From contig SHMX01000003.1 in assembly GCA_008080745.1 (NCBI GenBank), forward strand, positions 270,001 to 302,000: DNA of 32,000 nucleotides, read 5' to 3'. The translations under genes were made by a program, and so were the position numbers. Positions 1 through 9,150 of the stretch are shown here, piece after piece. Within the stretch, counting starts at the first letter, position 1. Every line of letters starts with the position of its first letter. Under the pieces are notes generated by a model, which was given only the letters and a program-made list of their open reading frames with translations, did not search any database and was not told the DNA's origin. The DNA is from Candidatus Thorarchaeota archaeon (GTDB lineage Archaea > Asgardarchaeota > Thorarchaeia > Thorarchaeales > Thorarchaeaceae).

Positions 1-401
1 ATCTCTGTAAAGTCAACCCAAACTTCCAGTTGTTCTACTAGTTCCTCCAAAGTACCATGAACAATCTCACCTTCTAATTCCTCCTTCTGAAGGTAAGCTC
101 TAATCTCCATTGATGCGGGCAGGGAATTATTGCTAGGATGACTGAATAGAATAATTGATTCAGGAGGAGATATTTCTTCTAGGAAATCTTTTACATTTTG
201 TTCAGTACCTCCCGTTCCAATGAATAGGTATAGTCGTTTCCCATAACTTCGATCAGAAGAAAAACGAGATGTGTATTCTTTAGCAGAATAGAGTTGAACA
301 CCATCTATAGCAATCTTTTCAGATATATTGGATACAACCTCATCGGGAGCGATAATTGAGAAGAAAGTAATTATTGGAAGAGGCATGCAAATATGTGCCA
401 T
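1..401 (-). CDS. Partial CDS running off the window start; probable L-fucose/L-arabinose isomerase-related protein (N-terminal part)
   Basis: Not in the ORF track; translated by hand from ATG 401 (alternative ATG 386), open to the window edge: MAHICMPLPIITFFS...LYLFIGTGGTEQNV...HPSNNSLPASMEIRAYL. The TGGTE and NSLPAxxEI motifs match my recollection of the archaeal/Thermotoga fucose-isomerase-like family. Confidence 0.55.
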   Translation of the reverse strand, partial: MAHICMPLPIITFFSIIAPDEVVSNISEKIAIDGVQLYSAKEYTSRFSSDRSYGKRLYLFIGTGGTEQNVKDFLEEISPPESIILFSHPSNNSLPASMEIRAYLQKEELEGEIVHGTLEELVEQLEVWVDFTE

Positions 402-424
402 TCAAATCCTAAGAGGATTTCGTT

Positions 425-973
425 TCATTCGATTGAGCATAATACAGAATCAAGCTGGCATACCAGACAGTCAATTTTTTTGTTCCTTAGACAGAGAGTA
501 ATCATATCCCAGTAGACCTGATTTGAGAAGTCTAACTCTATCAAAGAATATAGATACTCAAGTGCTTGATGAAATGCTTTCCGTAATATTGCTAATCTTG
601 CTAGACTAAGAAGACTCTCTTTATCGGTTTGATCCAACTCAAATGCCATCCTAAATGATGACTCTGCTTCAGAAACATTTCCTTGTATCTGACGTACCTT
701 AGCCCAGAGACGCCAAGTCCAGGAATTGCTTGTATCAAGTTCCAACGACTGTTGAATAGCACTCGCTGAGTCTGAAATTTGATCTGTCAACATATAGACG
801 ATAGCCAAAATGTTCCAAGTCTTCGAATCGAGAAAATCCAAAGACATCAATGACACACATTTCCGAAATATACCTGAATCGTCTGGGGTAAGTCGCTTAG
901 CTTCAGAATTATCATCTTCAGATTGATCCAGTAACTGAAATAACTCTGATGCATCACTTCCGGTTGTACTCAT
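425..973 (-). CDS. TPR-repeat protein with Cys-rich C-terminal tail
   Basis: TPR-like helix pairs (TWNILAIVY...AIQQSLELD; TWRLWAKV...AESSFRMAFELD; SLLSLARL...ALEYL). ATG 973 is preceded by GAGGT; the track extends the ORF to GTG 988. Confidence 0.72.
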   Translation of the reverse strand: MSTTGSDASELFQLLDQSEDDNSEAKRLTPDDSGIFRKCVSLMSLDFLDSKTWNILAIVYMLTDQISDSASAIQQSLELDTSNSWTWRLWAKVRQIQGNVSEAESSFRMAFELDQTDKESLLSLARLAILRKAFHQALEYLYSLIELDFSNQVYWDMITLCLRNKKIDCLVCQLDSVLCSIE

Positions 974-1195
974 GATTAGACCTCGCACCTACAAAAATAT
1001 GGTATTAAAATTACTAGAAGTTTGGGAAGAAATATTCCAAGAATTAAGAGTATTTTAAATATAATTTTATGATTTCATAGCCGTCCACTATAGAAAATAA
1101 GTTTTATGAACTCATATAATAATTAAATAAAGACCCCATAAATATCATTGATTGTCGGTTTTGCTAATTAGTTGCCTTTTGTAACCGTTCATTGT

Positions 1196-1291
1196 TTAGT
1201 GGACAATCTTGGACATCAGAGCGTTGGCCTCCCAGGTAACGGCACTGGGTGAGACTCTGTCCTGGTCAGGGATACTATGTCTTTCAACCAT
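1196..1291 (-). CDS. Candidate 31-aa small protein (MVERHSIPDQDRVSPSAVTWEANALMSKIVH)
   Basis: ATG 1291 has GGAGG 6 nt upstream (1298-1302) and a TTTATATA box (1312-1319). It lies in an otherwise empty intergenic region. No recognisable motif. Confidence 0.3.
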   Translation of the reverse strand: MVERHSIPDQDRVSPSAVTWEANALMSKIVH

Positions 1292-1423
1292 ATCTTTCCT
1301 CCGTATCAAGCTATATAAACCCCTATCGGAATCGGTCCAGCAATGTCCAAGTTTTAAGAAGCTGTTCGCAACCCCGAAAAGACACAATACTGATGACCAA
1401 ATTATCGGTGAAATAATTACTTC

Positions 1424-2872
1424 TCAAAGAGATGGGGGCTGAAAACCACCTAACATCTCTTCAAGATAACTTCCCAGCTTTAGTATTAGGCTCTCGTTTC
1501 CATGATTTGAAATGACTTGAAATCCAATAGGTAATCCAGTATTGGTAGTTCCACCAGAGAGAGCTACAGAAGGTAATCCAACCAAACTGTAAGGATGAGT
1601 GTAGCTTAGCAATTCCAAAGGATTGAATTCACTACTTGAAGATTCACCATGAGGAAAAGCAGGAATGGCAGAGATAGGACAGATAATTGCATCATACTTC
1701 TTCATGAACTGGAGTATTTTACTTCGATATGTATCCCACTTGATACTCCAGAAATAGAATTCTAAACCAAGCATAGCTCCATCGCCTTTTGCAGTCTTTG
1801 CTTTTGCTAACCAGGAGTCTGCGAGATTGTATATTTTATCAGGATACATCTCAATAGGCTCTTCCCATTCACGAATCTCAGGAATCGTATCTCGATCTAT
1901 GTTTGCGGAGAATCGATTGAGTCCACCACCAACATCGTAGAATTCGTGAGTTGCTGGAGGATATTTCTCTTCAAGGTCCAAATCAAGCTTCTCCAGACTC
2001 TCAACAGCTTTTGATATTACTTGTTTTACAGTTTTATGAGGTTCTACGAAGCCATTATCGGTATAATATGCAATGCTCAATTTTTCTAGGCTAACTATTT
2101 CTGGATCATGGTATGATAGCGGCATACATCGGGAGTCCGAATTGTCTGGGCCCATAATAATAGGTAAAATAAGTGAGAGGTCTTTTACACTACGAGCCAT
2201 GGGTCCAATCTGAGTTGTATCCAGAAATCCAAAGTAAGGTGGTATAGTACCAGTTCTTGGAACCCTCCCAAATGTGGGAACTAGACTGGTTATTCCACAA
2301 AAATGAGAGGGCCAACGCATGCTCCCACCAGAATCAGATCCTATACCAAGATAAGAACCTCCCGCTGCAATGATGGCAGCTTCTCCACCGCTACTTGATC
2401 CAACAGTCTTTGAGATATCATAGGGATTTTTGGTTAAGCCATAGATATCATTTTCAGTTTCAAATCCTGCACAGAATGGAGGACAATTGGTCTTTCCAAG
2501 TATTATCGCACCCGCATCTCTAAGACGTTGAACCACTGGAGCAGTATAAGTTGGAACATAATCTTTCCGTCCCAAAATTCCTCCAGTGGTTATCATTCCA
2601 CTGACTTCAATATTATCTTTGATTGTGATCGGTAAGCCTGCTAAAGGTCCTGCATTTTTTCCTGCTCTAAGTTGTTTATCGATGGCCTCTGCCTGAGATA
2701 ACGCTCCGGTTTCATCTAGTTGTACTATAGCATTTACTGATCCATTAACTGATTTAATGCGATTGATTAGCGAAGTGAGAACTTCTTTCGCAGAAACTTG
2801 CTCCATCTTGATACGTTCCAAAATTTCTGATGCGGTTAGATACTGAAAGTCAGCCATATCGATAAACTCCAT
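1424..2872 (-). CDS. Amidase signature family enzyme (GatA/FAAH-like fold; substrate unknown)
   Basis: Catalytic Lys in ITIKDNIE, Gly/Ser-rich GSSSGGEAA, nucleophile region GSDSGGSMRWPSHFCG, GKTN motif and C-terminal GLPIGFQ. The start is probably ATG 2872 or 2857; the track extends it to 2959. Confidence 0.9.
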   Translation of the reverse strand: MEFIDMADFQYLTASEILERIKMEQVSAKEVLTSLINRIKSVNGSVNAIVQLDETGALSQAEAIDKQLRAGKNAGPLAGLPITIKDNIEVSGMITTGGILGRKDYVPTYTAPVVQRLRDAGAIILGKTNCPPFCAGFETENDIYGLTKNPYDISKTVGSSSGGEAAIIAAGGSYLGIGSDSGGSMRWPSHFCGITSLVPTFGRVPRTGTIPPYFGFLDTTQIGPMARSVKDLSLILPIIMGPDNSDSRCMPLSYHDPEIVSLEKLSIAYYTDNGFVEPHKTVKQVISKAVESLEKLDLDLEEKYPPATHEFYDVGGGLNRFSANIDRDTIPEIREWEEPIEMYPDKIYNLADSWLAKAKTAKGDGAMLGLEFYFWSIKWDTYRSKILQFMKKYDAIICPISAIPAFPHGESSSSEFNPLELLSYTHPYSLVGLPSVALSGGTTNTGLPIGFQVISNHGNESLILKLGSYLEEMLGGFQPPSL

Positions 2873-3016
2873 TTTTAGTACCGTTAGAGATGGTGCATGA
2901 AAGAAAAATTTTGAGTGGAATTTAATTCTATTTCTAAGCACATGAGGCTCTTTGTCCACAGACCAAATCAGAACAATTAAAAGAGTATTTTAACAATAGT
3001 TAATAGGTGTTAGATA

Positions 3017-3913
3017 TTGGAATTTTCAGCAGATATGACCGGGAAAGTTTGCTTAGTTACTGGTAGCAATTCAGGTATTGGCAAAGCAACAACAAAGGGA
3101 CTCGCATCTATGGATGCCAAGCTTATCATGGTGGTCAGGGACAGACAGAAAGGAGAGGCAGCACGGTCAGAGATTATCGAAGAAACAGGCAACTCAGATA
3201 TTGATATTTTGGTTGCAGATCTTTCAGAGATGGATGAGGTCAGAGAATTAGCTAAACAAGTACGGGGGAAGTACGAACGATTAGATGTTCTAATCAACAA
3301 TGCGGGAGCAATATTTGGTGAGCGGAGAGAAACATCTGATGGTTATGAAATGACCATTGCACTGAACCATTTTGCTCCACTTCTATTGACATACGAATTA
3401 TTGCCTTTATTATCCCAAAGCAGTCCAGCAAGAGTTGTAAATGTTAGTTCTGGCGCTCATTCATTTGGCGAGATAAATCTTGATGATCCATTCTACGATA
3501 AAGATTATAGTTCAATGGAAGCATATGGAACTGCAAAATTAATGATGATAATGACAACAAAAGAACTAGCTGAAAAGATTGAAAATTACGGAATAACAAT
3601 AAATTCTCTTCATCCTGGGTTTGTTCGAACAAATTTTGGAAGAAAAAATATGGGATTAGGTGCCCGATTCTTCTTCAAGCTGACTAGTCCATTCCAAAAG
3701 AGTCCTGAAGAAGGGGCTGAGACCCCTCTATTTCTTGCAACATCTCCCGAGGTCAAAGATGTAACTGGAAAGTACTTTGCAAATAAAGAAGAAAAGAAAC
3801 CAGACGATGAAGCACAAGACTCTGGCCTGAGAGAAAAGATATGGAATTTTTCAAATAATACTCTTAATCTTGATTGGGATGAAAAACTGAACAACATTAG
3901 TGTGACTGCATAG
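3017..3913 (+). CDS. Short-chain dehydrogenase/reductase (retinol dehydrogenase/WWOX-like subfamily)
   Basis: TGSNSGIG (TGxxxGxG), NNAG, VVNVSS, catalytic YGTAK (YxxxK), LHPGFVRT, SPEEGAET. Possible start at ATG 3035. Confidence 0.92.
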   Translation: MEFSADMTGKVCLVTGSNSGIGKATTKGLASMDAKLIMVVRDRQKGEAARSEIIEETGNSDIDILVADLSEMDEVRELAKQVRGKYERLDVLINNAGAIFGERRETSDGYEMTIALNHFAPLLLTYELLPLLSQSSPARVVNVSSGAHSFGEINLDDPFYDKDYSSMEAYGTAKLMMIMTTKELAEKIENYGITINSLHPGFVRTNFGRKNMGLGARFFFKLTSPFQKSPEEGAETPLFLATSPEVKDVTGKYFANKEEKKPDDEAQDSGLREKIWNFSNNTLNLDWDEKLNNISVTA

Positions 3914-3922
3914 GGTGGTTAT

Positions 3923-4375
3923 ATGCGATTTCCAAAAGTGGAAGGCCAGAATTTGCTGAAAGAAAAAAAGATACTACCCTCAGACCTGTCAGGAGACCTC
4001 AACATAGTAATCATTGCGTTTCAAAGGTGGCATCAAGGTTTAGTTAATACCTGGGTGCCATTCTTGGATAGTCTTATACAAAAGAAAACGAATCTGAACT
4101 ATTACGAACTACCCACTATTCGAGAAATGAATCCATTGTTTCGTAGATTCATTGACGGAGGGATGCGATCTGGTATTCCATCGGAGGACACACGGCGACG
4201 CACCATCACCCTATATATAGAAAAAGAACCATTCCGGAAGAGTCTGGAGATTCCAGATGAAGAAAATATTCACATCTACTTGATTGATCAATCCGGTAAG
4301 GTATACTGGAGAGAAGAAGGGGAGGTATCTAAAGAAAAGGCATCTAGTTTGGAGGAAGTTCTAGAAAATATGTAA
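3923..4375 (+). CDS. Thioredoxin-fold protein lacking CxxC, ATP10-like prokaryotic family
   Basis: FPKVEGQNL...LPSDL...VIIAFQRWHQ..VNTW, IDGGMRSGIP and YLIDQSGKVYWR resemble ATP10-like/AhpC-TSA-fold proteins. GGGTGG site upstream; 9 nt downstream of the SDR stop. Confidence 0.6.
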   Translation: MRFPKVEGQNLLKEKKILPSDLSGDLNIVIIAFQRWHQGLVNTWVPFLDSLIQKKTNLNYYELPTIREMNPLFRRFIDGGMRSGIPSEDTRRRTITLYIEKEPFRKSLEIPDEENIHIYLIDQSGKVYWREEGEVSKEKASSLEEVLENM

Positions 4376-4466
4376 GCTAAATCATCCCTGGAGTTTCATA
4401 AGGAAATCATATCAGAGATGAATAGAGTCTAAGAACTCACCTTAGAAATGAATTCAGAGAAACCGT

Positions 4467-4643
4467 TTACTTCTGGTGGTTCTGTTCCTTCCATTTGATA
4501 AATGCTTCACAATGTTTGCTTCTGCAACATCCGTAGAATGTATAGTCTTGACATGACAAGCATGGGAGGTCCTCGGAACCTTCTTCAACAGAAATATCTA
4601 CTATATCTGAAATTGCCTTGTGAGGATGAAGTTCATCAACCAT
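4467..4643 (-). CDS. 58-aa Cys-rich metal-binding small protein
   Basis: ATG 4643 has GGAGG 7 nt upstream and sits 2 nt after the TAA of the upstream TPR gene. Motif PCLSC-x7-CC-x4-CEAFIKW. Confidence 0.62.
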   Translation of the reverse strand: MVDELHPHKAISDIVDISVEEGSEDLPCLSCQDYTFYGCCRSKHCEAFIKWKEQNHQK

Positions 4644-4645
4644 AA

Positions 4646-5065
4646 TTAAACCTCCAATGCGAGCTCGAATAGAAGAGTGCAAAAAATATCCTTAACACTG
4701 GTCTGACAGCTATACCGAAGGGCCCGCCATATTTTCATGGATTTCTCTAATTCTTTCTTCTTCTCCAATATGGTTGCAAAACCAATCCAAGCATCTCGAT
4801 TGAATCGATCGAGTTGAATAGCTCGTGAAAAGGATTTCTCAGCTTGCTCAATATCACCAATACTCAAGAAATATTCCCCGAGATAGACAAATGTTTCAGA
4901 ACTTACAGGTTGTTTTGAAATGCGTTTTTGGATTAATTTACAAAATCCAAATTGTGCTTCAGGTCTGGAGGAGTATTCTTCAAAATCGCGAATGATTGAT
5001 TGGTGTTCAGAATCCCATACCGTCGAATCAAAATCGGTTGTTGAACCATCTATATCTACCGTCAT
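4646..5065 (-). CDS. TPR-repeat protein
   Basis: TFVYLGEYFLSIGDIEQAEKSFSRAIQLDRFNRDAWIGFA is a clear TPR pair. Confidence 0.72.
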   Translation of the reverse strand: MTVDIDGSTTDFDSTVWDSEHQSIIRDFEEYSSRPEAQFGFCKLIQKRISKQPVSSETFVYLGEYFLSIGDIEQAEKSFSRAIQLDRFNRDAWIGFATILEKKKELEKSMKIWRALRYSCQTSVKDIFCTLLFELALEV

Positions 5066-5403
5066 TCTTACACGCTTCTGTAAATTTTCAACCTCGGGTT
5101 GATTACTATGAATGAATTGGAAAGAAACCTTTTGTGATTTGACTTTGAATGGAAACAGCGCTATGAGTCCTCCGTTACTGGTTTAGATGTCTATAATGGT
5201 AACAGAGATGTTCATCTTAAGTATCCAAGTATTACCCGGTTATAGCTATGCTATAATCGTAGTTTGATAATCATAATTGCTAATTTGTTGCGGTATTGCG
5301 AGCTGATTTCCTAAAAACCCGATGCCTTATCCGATTTATTGACAGGGATGCTAATCTCTGTTCTTTAAGGTATTCTATTCTTTTCTCCGGGAGCTATTTA
5401 CAA

Positions 5404-6489
5404 TCACATCTTGAGATAGGGAAATGCAATATAGACCAAGAGGGAGGCATCATATTCACTACTTGAATATCCCGAGGATTCAAGAACAGTACCATATTTC
5501 TCAATAAACATATCCGCAAATACTTCGAGGGAACGCTTCAAAAACAAAGAAGAACGTTCTACTATAGCAGTAGCAACAATTCCGTGTTCTTCTCTTGTTG
5601 TGACCATTATCGATCTGTCTTCAGATATTACTCGAGTCAGAGGTGCCTCCGAATCTGATACCTCTTGAACAATCAGAGAAATGGCACTTAGAGCACCTGC
5701 GAAGAGATTGGGGTCTCGTCTTCTGTCCATCTCACCGTAATGATAGAGATTCATTCCAGCAGTTGAATTCACTTGGATGTCGTAAATATTGATAGGAAGT
5801 CTGTATACATATTCAAAATCAGAGCCCAGTGTAATTGCTATGGAAATCATCATAGATATTCTGACAAAATCCAAGACGATAGCAATATTTTCCCCACCAA
5901 TAGGTATCTCAGAAAACAAGATGGGGACGTCGTAAACAACAATTCCAAGGATATAAGCAACTGTTACTATCATAAGAGCAATCGCCAGAACAAGACTCCG
6001 AATCTCTGGTAAGCGACGATTTGCATCAAAATAGACTTTAGAGCCATAGCCAAAAATCAAGGCTGCAAATAGACCGAAACTTGCATGCCAAATGAAATCC
6101 ACAATCACTACATTTGTAGAATCATAAACTGCCCATCCAATGAAGCCACATAGAATTGATACAATGCCTATGGTTACTACGGCAGATGCAATTTTCCAAT
6201 CTGGGCTTTCATGCCGTGTTCCTATGAAGAAGAGTCCAAATAGACCAAAAACAAAGACCCAGATTGTAAGAGTTACTCGTGGAATGAGAATTGATCCAAG
6301 GTTAAATATGTCAAACTCAGGTCCTGCAAGCATTATGTTTGCGATTCCAGCAGGAATTCCCAAAAGCGTGGCTTCCTTGAGAAAATATATCTTCCGGCCT
6401 GTACGCCGCTCTTGGATAATGAAGACTAAGGCAATCAGAGCAAAACCTATCGTTAGTCCGATGCCTACAAAGAAGAGTCCCAAGTCCAT
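5404..6489 (-). CDS. 7-TM membrane protein with C-terminal longin-like domain
   Basis: Seven hydrophobic segments in aa 1-225. The soluble C-terminus (IYDIQVNSTAGMNLYHY...DPNLFAGALSAISLIVQEV...F..KY...AFP) has the pattern of Asgard longin-like domains. GAGGT site upstream of ATG 6489. Confidence 0.68.
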   Translation of the reverse strand: MDLGLFFVGIGLTIGFALIALVFIIQERRTGRKIYFLKEATLLGIPAGIANIMLAGPEFDIFNLGSILIPRVTLTIWVFVFGLFGLFFIGTRHESPDWKIASAVVTIGIVSILCGFIGWAVYDSTNVVIVDFIWHASFGLFAALIFGYGSKVYFDANRRLPEIRSLVLAIALMIVTVAYILGIVVYDVPILFSEIPIGGENIAIVLDFVRISMMISIAITLGSDFEYVYRLPINIYDIQVNSTAGMNLYHYGEMDRRRDPNLFAGALSAISLIVQEVSDSEAPLTRVISEDRSIMVTTREEHGIVATAIVERSSLFLKRSLEVFADMFIEKYGTVLESSGYSSSEYDASLLVYIAFPYLKM

Positions 6490-6638
6490 TTTATAACCTC
6501 AAAAAATAATACCCGATTTGTGTCTATTAATAGTGTCGTGTATAAAGAATTTGAAAATTCAACATTTGATTAATATGGCAAAGATTTATCCAGAAAGAAG
6601 GTTAACCATATTCAGCCCACCCCCTAGTTTCTATTTAG

Positions 6639-7649
6639 ATGATAAGTAGCGTGATAGTAATGGAAAGAAGAAAGTTATGGGCACCGATATTGTATTTCAT
6701 AATAATTGGAGGGGTTGCAGCTTTTCTTATTTGGGATACCACTAATATTTTACCACCATCAGATGTATTATTCTTTCAAGGTGCAAGAATCTCGGATATT
6801 ATCTTGATTTTATTGATTCTCTCTATTCCAATCCTCATCGTAGAATACTATTTGTTTGCTATACCTGTTGCAGGTATCTTTCTGGTAGTAAACCGCGTGA
6901 TTAAGGCAGCTTCTTACGAAATGAATATCATGAATATCGGTAGAGTTTTTCAGGGAAAACATATGATACGAAGGGCAGCTGCACCAGCACTATTTGCGAT
7001 TGCCTCCTCGGATATGTTACGAGAATGGATATTGCAATTTGTTTTTCCAGGAATTGGATCTGTATCAGAATTGACAGTTGGAAGTATGGAATATGCAGTC
7101 CTGTCACTTATGGGAGCTCTATTGTTCCTACCTGTATCCTTGTTCATTTTCATGCCTACGTGGTTATTGAACGATTCAGGAATAGTCACACATTTGAAAG
7201 CGGATAAAAAGGAAATCAGACAATGTCCAGACACGCAGGGGGTAGGAAGATGGATCAGTGGGATATTTGGAGGGTATGCCTTGATTGCATTTCCACTAAC
7301 AATGATGGAAACTCACGTGTTACCACACATACTAGCTGGTACATTATTCCAAGGGAGCAACCTATTGAACGCATTATTGCTTGTCATGGGATTACCTCTT
7401 TTTGTGATGGCCTTCATCCTTCCAGTCATTATGTTTAATGAAAGATCCCAAATAAGAGTAAGAACAAAAATGGCATCTGTTGCTAACTGGTTGGGTGCTG
7501 GTATAGTCAGACGAGAAAAGATGGAGAAAGCAAAAAGAATAGTGCGTGAAGGCATCTTAACAGAAGAGGGTGGCAGCGAAATTGTGTCAACAGCAAAGAC
7601 AATAGACATAAAGAAAACCAAGAAAAAACAAAAATCCAGGAAGAAATAA
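6639..7649 (+). CDS. Multi-pass membrane protein of unknown function with polybasic C-terminal tail
   Basis: 336-aa ORF with about 6 hydrophobic segments, a PTWLLNDSGIV motif and a tail KKTKKKQKSRKK. Start may be ATG 6660. Divergent from the 7TM-longin gene. Confidence 0.7.
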   Translation: MISSVIVMERRKLWAPILYFIIIGGVAAFLIWDTTNILPPSDVLFFQGARISDIILILLILSIPILIVEYYLFAIPVAGIFLVVNRVIKAASYEMNIMNIGRVFQGKHMIRRAAAPALFAIASSDMLREWILQFVFPGIGSVSELTVGSMEYAVLSLMGALLFLPVSLFIFMPTWLLNDSGIVTHLKADKKEIRQCPDTQGVGRWISGIFGGYALIAFPLTMMETHVLPHILAGTLFQGSNLLNALLLVMGLPLFVMAFILPVIMFNERSQIRVRTKMASVANWLGAGIVRREKMEKAKRIVREGILTEEGGSEIVSTAKTIDIKKTKKKQKSRKK

Positions 7650-7715
7650 CGCAAGAATATGGTAAGTGTATAGACCATCTTATTAGGGAGATAGGATGGT
7701 CACATCTGAATTAGC

Positions 7716-8597
7716 ATGCTGCAATTAATACTGACTGGTGTACTCTTGGGTCTAATCTTAGCTGTTATCACTTCACTCTTCTGGAATATTGCACCAGTGT
7801 TGCAGAAAGAAGCTCTAGTAAATATGGATGAAATAGATGCTTCTGGAGCGACCAAACATACAAAGAAGCTATTCTCTAACAAAAAGTGGACTGCTGGATT
7901 TGGTTTGTCAATCCTTGGAGGATTAACCTATTTGTTAGCAACACAAATGGCAGGGATAGTGGTTGTCCAACCACTAATGAATGTTGGATTGATTGCGCTG
8001 GTAATTCTATCATCTCGAAAATTTGGTGAACTTATAGATACCCAAGCAATGGCAGGTATTCTTCTGATGATTCTAACACCAGTCTTCATTGCATTTGGTG
8101 GTGTTTCTGAACCAATCATATTCACCAGTTATTTCGGAATTGTAATATTTAGTGTAATCTTGTTGTTAGGAATAGTAATTATGATTCCATTATCACACAG
8201 AGTTCCTATTCTTTGGGCACCCATTACTTCATTTTTACAGGCATTAGCATCAATATTTACGCAGTGGTTTACCCTAGCACTATTTAGCACAAACAACCTG
8301 TTTGAGGGCTTAATTCGAGGGATTGTGCCACTCATCTTACTTGGAATCTTCACTTTTGCTGCTGGGGTTTATGCAGTTTCAATTGGACTTCAAAAGAATC
8401 CTGCTGCAAGATTCAATGGTATTGTTGGCACCATCAGTATGTTTGCAGTTATATTCGGTGGAATAATGATTTACTCCCAGTATATGTCACAACCAATTTT
8501 CTATGGCGCAGGTCTAATCTGTGGGGTGATAGGAGTCATTCTGCTTAGCAAATACCAAGAGATGATGGAAGATATCGACGAGGAAATCAAACAATAA
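7716..8597 (+). CDS. DMT superfamily transporter (EamA/NIPA-like)
   Basis: About 9-10 TM segments with two-repeat organisation; VLQKEAL, WTAGFGL, VVQPL and FGE motifs typical of NIPA/EamA-type DMTs. Confidence 0.75.
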   Translation: MLQLILTGVLLGLILAVITSLFWNIAPVLQKEALVNMDEIDASGATKHTKKLFSNKKWTAGFGLSILGGLTYLLATQMAGIVVVQPLMNVGLIALVILSSRKFGELIDTQAMAGILLMILTPVFIAFGGVSEPIIFTSYFGIVIFSVILLLGIVIMIPLSHRVPILWAPITSFLQALASIFTQWFTLALFSTNNLFEGLIRGIVPLILLGIFTFAAGVYAVSIGLQKNPAARFNGIVGTISMFAVIFGGIMIYSQYMSQPIFYGAGLICGVIGVILLSKYQEMMEDIDEEIKQ

Positions 8598-9138
8598 TAT
8601 CATGCACCACAAAATTATCTTCTACAATACCATAATCACAAAAATCCAACTGCATCCAACGTTCAAAAGCTCTGTCTAAAACATTCTGAAGTTGAGCAAA
8701 GTAGGCTGTTAGATTGATACCATGAGCGACAATCAAGATATCATCTAAGTTGGAATTGGCATAGAGTGAATCTACATATGAGGAGACCCGGCATATCACT
8801 GAATCTAAAGATTCCCAGTCCAGAACCTGTCCTGTTTCGAATAGATTCTTTACAGCCATTCGATACTGATCTTGTGTCATGTATGCTTCTTTTCCCCGAT
8901 AGAGTTCATTTAGTTGATCTGTGGATTCCAATTCAACACCAAGTCTTTCACAGACATACTGAGCAGTATTCTTTGCCTTCTGTTCTGCTGATGAGATAAT
9001 ACGCACAACTGAATCAAATATTCCAGAATCAGCAACCGTTCTTGCTTGTCCATGTCCTCGTTCTGATAGAACCCAATCAGAAACTGGAGTGTCAAAATCA
9101 AGTTTTGTTTCAGCGTGTCGAAGAAAGTAAATCTTCAA
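8587..9138 (-). CDS. Histidine phosphatase superfamily protein (phosphoglycerate mutase-like)
   Basis: LRHAET (RHG-type motif), LSERGHGQA, SS..KAKNTA, LNEL and VAHG. Its 3' end overlaps the DMT gene by 11 nt. Confidence 0.85.
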   Translation of the reverse strand: MKIYFLRHAETKLDFDTPVSDWVLSERGHGQARTVADSGIFDSVVRIISSAEQKAKNTAQYVCERLGVELESTDQLNELYRGKEAYMTQDQYRMAVKNLFETGQVLDWESLDSVICRVSSYVDSLYANSNLDDILIVAHGINLTAYFAQLQNVLDRAFERWMQLDFCDYGIVEDNFVVHDIIV

Positions 9139-9150
9139 ATCTAATACCTC

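Noticed and set aside
1208-1351. 9-bp inverted repeat CTTGGACAT/ATGTCCAAG as MITE ends
   Set aside because: It does not extend, has no target-site duplication and no second copy in the window; compatible with chance.
1390-1420. Hammerhead-like core CTGATGA...GAAA with a 2-bp stem between
   Set aside because: It lacks the purine-pyrimidine 10.1-11.1 pair (C/U here), and I could not build stems I and III or an NUH cleavage site.
7610-7649. C-terminal lysine tail as an ER-retrieval dilysine signal
   Set aside because: It ends KSRKK, which does not fit KKxx or KxKxx; treated as a generic polybasic tail.
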